NCBI GenBank assembly: GCA_016926265.1
Contig: JAFGOW010000025.1
Span: forward strand, 1 to 60,258
From: Deltaproteobacteria bacterium
Lineage (GTDB): Bacteria > Desulfobacterota > Desulfuromonadia > Desulfuromonadales > JAAYDE01
Direction of reading: 5' to 3'
Length of the DNA: 60,258 nucleotides
The stretch's first letter is position 1. Every line of letters starts with the position of its first letter. The translations under genes and the position numbers were made by a program. Shown one piece after another: positions 51,860 to 60,258 of the stretch. The notes below the pieces were generated by a model, which saw nothing but the letters and a program-made list of their open reading frames with translations, was not told the origin of the DNA and did not search any database.

Positions 51860-51982
51860 CCAAGGTTTGATCATGCCTTTTCAGCGATAATCAGCGGCCA
51901 ATAACGTCTTTTTCTTTCCGTTTTGACCCCATCCCCATGTTTTTACTTTGCCTTCTTTGCGGCTTTGCGTGAGATGTGCCTT

Positions 51983-52984
51983 TTACCGGTTTTTTGAAAC
52001 CACGCCGGAACCCGCCGGTTTGATGCCGCTCAGGGCCGCGGACCAGCGGGTCAGCGCCTCCGGATAGGCCAGGGGATCGGAGTCGGCGTAGAGCGGCAGC
52101 GGAAAGACCGCCGGCGCCGGGCCGTTTCCCTTGCCGGCCAGGCGCAGGGACACGGCCAGGGCGTCGCCGGTGGCGGCGATCAGATCGGGATGCGCCGCCA
52201 TCACCTTGTCCAGGTTGCGCAGCATGACATGCCCCTTGTCGACCTTTTCCCCGGCGGCGACGAGCTCGGCGCCGACGTTCATGGCGCCGCAGGGCTCCAG
52301 GATGAAGCGGTCGCTGTAGCCCTGGGGCGCCTCCAGGCGGATGAAGGCCTTGCCGGTCCCCTCCTGGAAGGAACCGGAGACCACCGCCACCCGCAGCCCC
52401 TTGGGAACCTTGGCCAGGCGCTGCCGCGCCAGGGCCAGGCGGTTTTCATAGTCGCGGATCAGCTCCTCCCCGGCCTGCTCCAGGCCGAAATCGGCCGCCA
52501 GCCGGCGCACCGCCGGGGCCGGTCCCTTGGAGAAATCGAGCACCACCGGGTCGAGGCCGGCGCCGCGCAGTATCTTCACCAGTTTCTTCTCTTCGATATC
52601 GGGCCGGTAGAGGCAGCCGGAAAAGCCGAGATAAACCCTCTCCGGGGACAATTCGACGATCCGTTTCACCACCTCCTTGCCGGCCGGGCCGGAAAGACGT
52701 CCCGGACAGCCGAGAAACTCGGAGGCCGCCTTCAGGTGCGCGGCATCGTCCCAGAGGTTTTTTCTCCCCACCCAGGCCCGAGGCGCCACCTTCAGCCTCA
52801 GGCAGGCGGCGACCGCCGGCTCGCCGATCACCACGATCGGCCGTTTCTGGAACGCCTCCCCCTTGCAGACCGCCCCGCCCTCCCCCGGCACCAGCAGCAG
52901 CGCCGCCGCAACCCAGAGGGACAAGCCCGCGGCCCAGGGACAGAGCCCGCCGCGCCGGATCGAAAACCGTTTCATCATCGTCAT
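51983..52984 (-). CDS. Periplasmic substrate-binding-like protein (Fe/B12 helical-backbone class)
   Basis: Signal peptide, IVELSPE, GEELIRDYENRL linker helix, GAMNV, AHPDLI. Exact start uncertain. Confidence 0.65.
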   Translation of the reverse strand: MTMMKRFSIRRGGLCPWAAGLSLWVAAALLLVPGEGGAVCKGEAFQKRPIVVIGEPAVAACLRLKVAPRAWVGRKNLWDDAAHLKAASEFLGCPGRLSGPAGKEVVKRIVELSPERVYLGFSGCLYRPDIEEKKLVKILRGAGLDPVVLDFSKGPAPAVRRLAADFGLEQAGEELIRDYENRLALARQRLAKVPKGLRVAVVSGSFQEGTGKAFIRLEAPQGYSDRFILEPCGAMNVGAELVAAGEKVDKGHVMLRNLDKVMAAHPDLIAATGDALAVSLRLAGKGNGPAPAVFPLPLYADSDPLAYPEALTRWSAALSGIKPAGSGVVSKNR

Positions 52985-53253
52985 CAACAAGGCCAAACCT
53001 CCTTCTTTCACGGCGCCGCCTGGCGCCGGGCCATGGGAACAAACCGGGGCGCCGGGGGCCTCCCGCGGCCCCGCGAACCCCGCCTCCGGTTTCCGGTTGG
53101 GTATCGTTAAAAGACGGAATTGAGGTGCAGCAAAATTTTCCGGACCTTCTGAAAAATTTTTGATTTTTGCGATTTTGTTGCCGATTTTATATGCCGGGTA
53201 AAAGGAAGGCGCTACCCCGAGCGGGTATTTTTACGCTCAAGGCGGGTCAGATG

Positions 53254-53286
53254 AAAAAAAACGGCCTTTGCTTTTCAGCAAAGGCC
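53254..53286 (-). terminator. Intrinsic terminator
   Basis: GGCCTTTGC/GCAAAGGCC stem with T-run on the minus strand. Confidence 0.7.
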
Positions 53287-53372
53287 CATGGCAAAAGTGA
53301 GGATTCTGCGGACAGGTTTTCACTTCCGTCCGCTGGTAAAAACGCCTTGAGACACCGGATGGCGGGGGATTG

Positions 53373-53720
53373 CTATCGCAGGAACAGGCCGGCGATCCGG
53401 GGCGCCAGATTCACGCCCAGAACGACAAACAACGCGATGATCAAGGTCTCGACGCCGGCCTGGAGGCTCATTTCCTTCATGACGTAGGCCGCGGCGAAGT
53501 CGGTCAGGACGCAGAAGGTCAGGGCCCCCCACAGCCCGGTTTTGGCGAAGACGAGGACAATGGCCACGACCAGCGGGATGGAGAGGACCGAGCCCAGCAG
53601 CGCGGTGGCGACGAGGGAAACCTGGGAATGCCTGGAAATGACGTGAACCATGCCCGCCATTCGCGGGCAGACGATAAACATCGCCATCGCGGCGCTTGCA
53701 ATTAGCAACTCCTTGGGCAT
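53373..53720 (-). CDS. Small multi-TM hypothetical membrane protein
   Basis: Hydrophobic 115 aa, CPRM motif, SD AAGGAG. Confidence 0.8.
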   Translation of the reverse strand: MPKELLIASAAMAMFIVCPRMAGMVHVISRHSQVSLVATALLGSVLSIPLVVAIVLVFAKTGLWGALTFCVLTDFAAAYVMKEMSLQAGVETLIIALFVVLGVNLAPRIAGLFLR

Positions 53721-53856
53721 CTGGATACTCCTTTTAAGGTGAATTTCAGCGGCCGGGACCGCCCTCTAACGTTTACCCTGTGAGCTTGAATTCAATGGTG
53801 GTCTTGACCCAGGTTTCCACGGCCCGGCCGTCTTTCTGAGCCGATCCCGCGTACCC

Positions 53857-54657
53857 CTACTTCATGTCCCGGGCCTGTACCCAGATCACCGCGTCCTGGG
53901 ACAGTTCCTTGTCCTTGAATTTCTTGTCCGGGCCGGCGCCGAGGGCGCAGAACCCCCACCAGCCGGCCCTGGGAATGCCGAAGGAGAACTCGCCCGCGGC
54001 GTTGGCCTTGATCCCCAGGGTCACGAAGGCATCCTGGGGCGCTTCCGCATGGGCTTTCCTGGCAAAGGCATTCTTCTTCATGTCGGGTTCGTGGTTCAGG
54101 TATTCGACCTCGATCTCGGCATAGGGAACCGGCTGGCCGTTGCTCTTGACGATCCCCCTGAAGACGTTTCCGGTCCAGAGGGCATAGGGCTTGTCCAGGG
54201 GCACGATCTCGGCGGGCAGGCCGATTTCCGCATCCCAGTCGGTCGGGAATCCGGCGGCGTTGACCACCATCTTGGTGATCTGCTGGATATAGATGTCCTC
54301 TTCCTGTTCATAATAGGGGCTGGGGACGAGGCAGAAGACATTGTCCCCCATGCCCCGCACCTTGTACGAGGCCTCGTAGGCCGCGCCGCTGTTGGTGAGG
54401 CTGGTCCAGGTGATGGGCTTCAGGCCTTTGAGCAGATCCTCCTTCTTCCCCTTGCGAACCGCGAAAAACTGCTCGGGCCGGCCCATGTCCATGGTGTGGC
54501 CGGCTTCGAAGGGGTGGGTGAAGACCAGCCTCAGAGGGATTTCGGCCCCCTTGACCAGGGCGCTTTCAGGGGTATAGATCATCTGGAAATGGGCCAAAGC
54601 CGGTACGGCAAAGGCCAGGGCCGTTACGGCCGCCGACAGAACCACCGCTTTTTTCAT
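53857..54657 (-). CDS. DUF4198 (NikM-like) periplasmic protein
   Basis: ALA-HFQMIY, FTHPF, AEIVPL.KPY, GWWGFCALG. Confidence 0.88.
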   Translation of the reverse strand: MKKAVVLSAAVTALAFAVPALAHFQMIYTPESALVKGAEIPLRLVFTHPFEAGHTMDMGRPEQFFAVRKGKKEDLLKGLKPITWTSLTNSGAAYEASYKVRGMGDNVFCLVPSPYYEQEEDIYIQQITKMVVNAAGFPTDWDAEIGLPAEIVPLDKPYALWTGNVFRGIVKSNGQPVPYAEIEVEYLNHEPDMKKNAFARKAHAEAPQDAFVTLGIKANAAGEFSFGIPRAGWWGFCALGAGPDKKFKDKELSQDAVIWVQARDMK

Positions 54658-54698
54658 CGCGAAACTCCCTTCCCTTTCAGGTTTGAAATGTGCCGTCA

Positions 54699-55022
54699 TC
54701 ACTTGGCGATATCCTTGCCGTCGATTTCGATCCTATGGCCCTCGCCGGCGTCGAACACGACCCGGTAGGCCGCGGCAGGTTTTTTAAAAGTGAATTCGCT
54801 GTCCTGGTCCATCTTGCCGTTGATCAGTACGGCGCCGTTGCTCTCCACCCGCATCTGCACGCCGGAGGCCGAGGAACCGTCGGAAAAACCCCCTTCGCAG
54901 GTGACGGTGCCGTCCCCGTTGTCGTAGCAGGAGCACAACGGGGTGTGGGCCAGGGCCTGCCCGGCGATGAGAAGTCCGGCCAGGGCCAGCAGGATCGGGG
55001 TGAAAAAATTCCGTTTACACAT
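54699..55022 (-). CDS. Small exported protein with N-terminal His/Cys motif
   Basis: ALA-HTPLCSCYDNGDGTVTCEGGFSDG, FDAGEGH. Confidence 0.8.
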   Translation of the reverse strand: MCKRNFFTPILLALAGLLIAGQALAHTPLCSCYDNGDGTVTCEGGFSDGSSASGVQMRVESNGAVLINGKMDQDSEFTFKKPAAAYRVVFDAGEGHRIEIDGKDIAK

Positions 55023-57525
55023 GGTCAATTCCTCCATTCGTTGGGGTTGCTCCCTGCTGCTGGATTTTCGTATGAAAGGGGAAGAAGCCCATGAAGAGCG
55101 TGAACAGCAGGGCCAGGCCGTAAAAGGCGAACATCGCTTCCAGGCCGCTGAGGCCGAGGGCGCTTCCCAGGGAAAAAATCGCGGTGGCGACGACGATTCC
55201 GAGACACATGGGGTAGATGATGGAAAACAGCATCCATCCGTAAGAGCCGGCCTGCAGCTTGACGGCGATAGCCGTCGCCATGCAGGGCGGATAGAGCACC
55301 ATGAAAAGCATCAGGGCCAGGGCGTGCAGCGGGGTGAAGCCTTCCTCCCCCTGGGCCATGCGTTCCTCCAGGGCCTGCCCCTCTTCCTCCGGCTGATAGA
55401 GGGCCCCGAGGGTGGCGACGCTGCTCTCCTTGGCGGCCAGGGCGCTGAGCAGGGCGACATTGACCCGCCAGTTGAAACCGGCGTATCGGGTGACCGGCTC
55501 CAGCCACTTGCCCAAGGTGCCGAGAAAACTGGTATCGATCCGCTCCATGCGCATCTCCCGCAGCAGCCCCTTGCGCTCCTTGATCAGCTTTCTTAACTCC
55601 CGGTTGACCTTCAGGGCCTCCTTGTCGTCGCCCGGCTGGACGATGGCGAAATAGAGGGGATCGCGTTCCCGGAATTCGGCGTTCAGACGCTCCGCGGCGG
55701 CGCCGTCGCCGGCGGCCATTTTGGCGTCCTTGTACGCCTCCGAGAAGTTGATCAGGGGCATGAGATCATCCTTCGGCAGTTGGGTGGCGAAAGGGGTGTT
55801 TTTGATCTTTTTGAAGAAGGTCTCTACCGCCTTGTCCTTTTCGGCATGGTAGGAAGCCATCCGCTCCCGACTGATGCCGGGAAACTGAAGCAGGACGAAA
55901 ACGGCCACGGCTACGGCCACGACAATGGTGGAAATCTTGCGCATGAAGAGCCAGACCCGCTCCACGGCGCGGCCCAGAACCCCTCTCAGGGTCGGCAGAT
56001 GGTAAGGCGGCATTTCCATGACAAATGGGGCTGTTTCCTTGTCTTTGAGAACCGTCAGGGTGAGGATCTTGGAAACCGGCAGCACCAGGAGCAGGCTGAT
56101 GGTCGAGATGAAGAACATGGCCCAGGCCTTGTGGGCGGCGAAATAGATGTTGATCAGGAGGACATACAGGGGAACCTTGGCCAGGCAGTTGAGCAGGGGG
56201 ATGATGAGGATGGTGGCCAGCCGTGAACGCTCGTCCGGGATCCCCTTGCACGACATGACGCCCGGCACGGCGCAGCCGCCGACGTAGATGCCGCCCAGAA
56301 CCATGGGCAGGGTCGACTGGCCGTGGAGGCCGAAGCGGTTGAAAAGGCGGTCCATGATAAACGCCATGCGCGGCATGTAGCCGCTGTCCTCGAGGACGGC
56401 GATGAGCCCGAACAGGATGAAAAAGATGGGAATGTAGTTGAGCAGGGCGTTGACGCTGTCGACGATCCACAGGGCGAATTCGCGGAGCAAGGGGATCTCG
56501 ACAAATCCCGGGGACGGCGCGATACCCTCGACCAGGCTGCGCAGCTTGGCCAGCAGCGGCCAGGTGTAATTGGTAAGGTTGTAGCCCTGGACGATGGCCA
56601 GATAATAGAGAAGCCATATCACCCCGACCAGGATGGCCGGGCCGAGGAGGCGATGGCAGACCAGCCCGTCGATCCGGTCGGAAAAAGGCCTGGGGGATCC
56701 GGGCGGAAGAACCAGGCTGGTCTGGGCGATATCGTTCGCCGTCTGATAGCGGCGATGGGCGATGTGCGCCTCGGGGGATTCCTGGTGTGACGATTCGAAG
56801 TCGGCGCGGGATCTCTCGACAATTTGCAGAAAGGGTTCGGGTTCGGGGAGGTTTTCCCGAACCAGACTTTCCGCTTTGCTGTCGCCCTCCATGAGCTTGA
56901 TGGCAAGCCAGCGTATCGGATAGCGGTTGGCCAGGTAAGGAGCGACCGCAAGACACGAAATGATATCCCGCAAAAACGGCTCCATTTCCCCGTAATCGAT
57001 TCGGACGGGTTTCTGGGCCTCTGCGCCCGAAGAAACAGCTTCAATGGCATCGAGAAGATCCTTTTTGCCCTCTCCGTTTTTCATGATGGTCGGCACGACG
57101 GGGATGCCGAGGTTGCTGGACAGCCGGTTGATGTCGATGCGGATGCCGCGCTTTTGGACCACATCCATCATGTTGAGGTTCAGGATGACCGGAATCTCCA
57201 TTTCCAGCAGTTGAAATGTCAGGTAGAGACAGCGCTTCAAATTTGCGGCGTCCATGACATTGACCACCACGGACGGCTTCTCATGAAGGATGAAATCCCT
57301 GGAAACCCGCTCTTCCGGGGAATAGGACGTCAGGCTGTAGGTCCCGGGCAGATCCACCACATCGACCCAGCGGTCGTTGTGGTGGTATCTCCCGCTCATC
57401 TTGTCGACGGTGACGCCGGGGTAGTTGGCGACGTGCTGGCTGGCCCCGGTCAGGGCGTTGAAGACCGTGGACTTGCCGCAATTGGGCTGGCCGGCCAGAG
57501 CAACCAGAATCTTGTCCTGCTTCAT
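55015..57525 (-). CDS. feoB: Ferrous iron transporter B
   Basis: GQPNCGKS, NYPGVTV, DLPGTYS, LEDSGYMPR, FVMEMPPY, AAKE, LYPPC. Confidence 0.96.
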   Translation of the reverse strand: MKQDKILVALAGQPNCGKSTVFNALTGASQHVANYPGVTVDKMSGRYHHNDRWVDVVDLPGTYSLTSYSPEERVSRDFILHEKPSVVVNVMDAANLKRCLYLTFQLLEMEIPVILNLNMMDVVQKRGIRIDINRLSSNLGIPVVPTIMKNGEGKKDLLDAIEAVSSGAEAQKPVRIDYGEMEPFLRDIISCLAVAPYLANRYPIRWLAIKLMEGDSKAESLVRENLPEPEPFLQIVERSRADFESSHQESPEAHIAHRRYQTANDIAQTSLVLPPGSPRPFSDRIDGLVCHRLLGPAILVGVIWLLYYLAIVQGYNLTNYTWPLLAKLRSLVEGIAPSPGFVEIPLLREFALWIVDSVNALLNYIPIFFILFGLIAVLEDSGYMPRMAFIMDRLFNRFGLHGQSTLPMVLGGIYVGGCAVPGVMSCKGIPDERSRLATILIIPLLNCLAKVPLYVLLINIYFAAHKAWAMFFISTISLLLVLPVSKILTLTVLKDKETAPFVMEMPPYHLPTLRGVLGRAVERVWLFMRKISTIVVAVAVAVFVLLQFPGISRERMASYHAEKDKAVETFFKKIKNTPFATQLPKDDLMPLINFSEAYKDAKMAAGDGAAAERLNAEFRERDPLYFAIVQPGDDKEALKVNRELRKLIKERKGLLREMRMERIDTSFLGTLGKWLEPVTRYAGFNWRVNVALLSALAAKESSVATLGALYQPEEEGQALEERMAQGEEGFTPLHALALMLFMVLYPPCMATAIAVKLQAGSYGWMLFSIIYPMCLGIVVATAIFSLGSALGLSGLEAMFAFYGLALLFTLFMGFFPFHTKIQQQGATPTNGGIDHV

Positions 57526-57749
57526 GCCGACTCCACCTCTACGAAACGGGCTTCGTCGTGGCGCAGGCTGACGAAATAGCCGCCCAGTTCGACCTCCATG
57601 GGGTCCTCCAGCGGCGCGTTGCGCACCACTTTCAATTCAAGCCCCGGATAAATCCCCATGTCCATGAGCCGCTGGCCCAGTTTGTCCCGCACCGATAACC
57701 TCTTGATCCGCCCCCGACTCCCCGGTCTCATCTGATCCAACGTCATCAA
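57522..57749 (-). CDS. feoA: Ferrous iron transport protein A
   Basis: QRLMDMG, VRNAPLEDP, VSLR. Confidence 0.95.
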   Translation of the reverse strand: MMTLDQMRPGSRGRIKRLSVRDKLGQRLMDMGIYPGLELKVVRNAPLEDPMEVELGGYFVSLRHDEARFVEVESA

Positions 57750-57767
57750 GAATGGTTCCTCCCGATC

Positions 57768-57825
57768 AAAACAAAAGGCGCAACCCGTCAGCCCCCTCCC
57801 GCCGGAGAGGTCCGAGTTGCGCCTT
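57768..57825 (-). promoter_or_regulatory. Terminator-like hairpin in the feoA leader (candidate attenuator)
   Basis: AAGGCGCAACTCG..CGGGTTGCGCCTT-TTGTTTT directly before the SD. Confidence 0.6.
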
Positions 57826-58080
57826 CACTTTTTCCGCGCCTGGAATGCCGGAAACCGTAAGACGTTCCTGTTTATTTTAGTTTTTATTCTCTTTTAAAGT
57901 CGGGGCTAAAATAGCTCAAAAAAATTTTTTGTCAAAGGTTTTTTTGTCGGGAAAAAAATTTCGGGTCCACGGACCGGATCGGCGGCCCCCGCCGCCGGGG
58001 AAGGACTTTGGAGGGGCGGGGATGACGAAAGCCGGAGATTTCGTCCCAAAGCCGTCCGGTTTGACCGCCCCGATCCTTTT

Positions 58081-58761
58081 TTGCTAGGATGCCTTCAAAT
58101 CATCCCTGCCGGGGAACCGACGAGAAAGCCTTGCCCTTTGCCAACCAACCTTTCCAGATGGCGCCCGCCCCTGCTTTTGGGCCTCCTGCTGACGGCCGTT
58201 CTCTCCTGCCGGGGGGAAGTCTCGGCCCACCCCCATGTTTTCGTCAGCCAGCGGTTCGTCGTCATCTTCGATGACCAAGGCCTCGCCGGCGTTCAGGTCT
58301 GCTGGGCCTTTGACGACATGTTTTCCACCATGATCGCCGGGGACTACGATCTCAACCAAAACGGCCGCTTCGAAGGCGGCGAAATCGCCAAGATCGAAAA
58401 AGAGGCCTTTTCCAATCTCGCCGGGTTCGGCTATTTCCTCTTCATCCGGATCGACCGAACCCCGTTCCCAGTGAAATACGTCAAGGATTTCAACGCCATT
58501 CTCGATAAGGGGAAGATGAGTTACGAATTCTTCGTCCCCTGCCATGTCCAAGCCACCAGCCAGTTCAAGAAACTGTCCATCGCCGGCTACGACCCCTCCT
58601 ACTACACCGCCATGTTCTTTTCGGAGCAGGATCCGGTGGTGCTCCGTTCCGCCGAGGGTTTCGAGGTGCGCACCGCCCTCCGGGAAGACCCCGAAACCAG
58701 CATCTATTTCGACATGATCCACCCCCAGACGCTGTTTCTGGAATTCCGCAGGCAGCCATGA
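58081..58761 (+). CDS. DUF1007 family periplasmic protein
   Basis: SA-HPHVF, WAFDDMFS, YDPSYY. True start probably downstream of 58081. Confidence 0.88.
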   Translation: MLGCLQIIPAGEPTRKPCPLPTNLSRWRPPLLLGLLLTAVLSCRGEVSAHPHVFVSQRFVVIFDDQGLAGVQVCWAFDDMFSTMIAGDYDLNQNGRFEGGEIAKIEKEAFSNLAGFGYFLFIRIDRTPFPVKYVKDFNAILDKGKMSYEFFVPCHVQATSQFKKLSIAGYDPSYYTAMFFSEQDPVVLRSAEGFEVRTALREDPETSIYFDMIHPQTLFLEFRRQP

Positions 58762-59654
58762 AGCGGATCTGGCTCCTGCTGATAGTGGCCGGAATCCTCG
58801 CCACTGCCGCGCCGGCTTTTCCGCGGCCCCCCTTCAGCGCCCAACCGCAGATCGCCCGCCAGGCTCCGGAACCCTCCTTCTATCAGTCCTTTCTGGTCAC
58901 CATCAGCCAGTGCCAGCAGCACTTGAAACAGCGGATGGCGGATCTGATCCGGAAGACCCGCCGGGACGGCGATCCCGGCCCCCTCCTCACCCTTCTGGCC
59001 CTGGCCTTCCTTTACGGCGCCATCCACGCCGCCGGCCCCGGGCACGGCAAGGCGGTCGCCACCTCCTACGTTCTTTCGCACCGCGCCTCGCTCCGGGGAG
59101 GGGTGCTGTTCGGCATCGGCGTCGCCATGCTGCACGGCGGATCGGGGATCCTCAGCGTTATCGGCCTGCGCTACCTGCTGCAACAGAGCGTCAGCCGCAC
59201 CCTGGTCTCGGTCACTCAGGTCACGGAGCTGGTCAGCTTCGCTCTGATCGCCCTGCTGGGATTGGGTATCCTGGTGAAAAACGGCTGTGAGCTCTTTTTT
59301 CGCCGTGCCCCGGAGCACCCGGAAGCGGCTCCGGCGCCACCCCGCCGCCAACCGCTGCTGTGGGCCACGGCGGTGGGGATCATCCCGTGCCCGGCGGTGG
59401 TGATGACGATGCTGTTCTGCCTCTCCATGGGGGCGCTGGTCCTCGGCCTGCTGCTGACCCTCTGCATCTCCCTCGGCATGGCCCTCACCATTTCCCTGGT
59501 CGTCTGCGCGGTCGTGGCCGGGAAAAGCGGCTTTTTGCAGCGGATACCCCCCAAGATCGCCGCGGCCCTCGAAACCGGGGTCGGCATGGCCTCGGGAGCC
59601 GCCATCGCGATCTTCGGCGTTGTGCTGCTGCTGGCGGCCGTCCATCGAACCTAA
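58758..59654 (+). CDS. RcnA/NiCoT-like nickel/cobalt transporter
   Basis: YGAIHAAGPGHGK, GIIPCP, ISLGMALT. Confidence 0.88.
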   Translation: MKRIWLLLIVAGILATAAPAFPRPPFSAQPQIARQAPEPSFYQSFLVTISQCQQHLKQRMADLIRKTRRDGDPGPLLTLLALAFLYGAIHAAGPGHGKAVATSYVLSHRASLRGGVLFGIGVAMLHGGSGILSVIGLRYLLQQSVSRTLVSVTQVTELVSFALIALLGLGILVKNGCELFFRRAPEHPEAAPAPPRRQPLLWATAVGIIPCPAVVMTMLFCLSMGALVLGLLLTLCISLGMALTISLVVCAVVAGKSGFLQRIPPKIAAALETGVGMASGAAIAIFGVVLLLAAVHRT

Positions 59655-59732
59655 CCGTGGCCTTTAAACCGCAAAGATCGCAAAGGGCACCAAGGAAAAG
59701 AAAAAAGGGTTGAGCCTCTTTTGGTTCTCAGG

Positions 59733-59860
59733 TTTTCACCCCCATTGTTGACGCCGCCGGAATGCCGCCGATCTGTGGCGGGTGAAGCCAACGGGGCGCC
59801 CTTTTTCGCTTCCTTTTTGGGCGCGCAAAAAGGAAGGGGGCGCGGGGCGGAGCCCCGAGG
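59733..59860 (+). repeat. Structured repeat, internally deleted copy
   Basis: First ~38 nt match 60113-60150; ends with CTTCCTTTTTG..CAAAAAGGAAG hairpin. Confidence 0.65.
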
Positions 59861-59960
59861 CAGAAACAGAGAGGAATAATTCAGCTGACAATCTCGATAG
59901 CAGCTCACTGCTGAATTGAAGCCTTTGGTTTCGCCTTGTCCGGCGACCTGCTTTTTCGTA

Positions 59961-60044
59961 TGGATCCCCGACAGGACCGTTCGGGGATGACAAAACACGA
60001 AATACGAGCCTGTCATTCCCGAAGGTTTTTATCGGGAATCCAGG
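59961..60044. repeat. Paired REP-like palindromes
   Basis: TGGATCCCCGA..TCGGGGATGAC and GTCATTCCCGA..TCGGGAATCCA. Confidence 0.8.
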
Positions 60045-60112
60045 CCTTGTTGTGTTTTGAAAGTCCAGCAGGCCGTTGAAAAACTGGGGTTTTAAGTTTT
60101 TTGACACTGAGA

Positions 60113-60258
60113 TTTTCACCCCCATTGTTGACGCAGCCGGAATGCCGACGCCGGTTCGGGTGGATTTCATGGAGCGGCAAACTGTTTGACCGCAGGGAGT
60201 TTTTGCCGCTCCCCGAACCGGTGGCGGCATGGAGGGAACCCGCCGTCCTTGGGCGGGC
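60113..60258 (+). repeat. Structured repeat running off the window edge
   Basis: Related to 1-180 (inverted) and 59733-59860; preceded by CAGGCCGTTGAAAAA at 60069. Confidence 0.6.

Noticed and set aside
57870-57897. Fur box upstream of feoA
   Set aside because: Only a half-site (GAGAAT) in an AT-rich tract, not distinguishable from chance by eye.

Overview
GC-rich chromosomal window, most likely from a Desulfuromonadales-like deltaproteobacterium (inferred from gene content and order, not from a search). (1) 0.3-9.6 kb: conserved housekeeping block on the minus strand (ispE, tRNA-Gln, prs, rplY, pth, membrane PPase, rpsF, rpsR, DUF2232, rplI, dnaB). (2) 9.6-12.6 kb: four miscellaneous genes. 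(3) 12.8-24.7 kb: a block flanked by duplicated azlD 3' ends. It carries a cobalamin-riboswitch/NrdR-controlled run of nrdD (no nrdG), cobF, a 2Fe-2S ferredoxin and a three-gene split, partly duplicated methionine synthase. (4) 26.1-32.0 kb: a lower-GC four-gene candidate defence island (AAA ATPase + RloB + PLD-like protein + unknown) between 53-bp direct repeats of a thioesterase 3' end. (5) An IS3 remnant and a PAS/HD-GYP gene. (6) 34.2-59.7 kb: a type IV filament gene cluster (PilB, PilT, PilC, secretin, PilMN/O/P-like, three very large prepilins), co-oriented with feoAB, DUF4198 and an orphan substrate-binding protein, and next to a DUF1007/RcnA-like pair. This pilus-plus-metal-uptake locus is the best candidate for an undescribed system. 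The split MetH and the defence island come next. Several MITE and palindromic repeat families fill the intergenic regions. No CRISPR array, rRNA or intact transposase/integrase was seen. All family calls come from motif recognition by eye.
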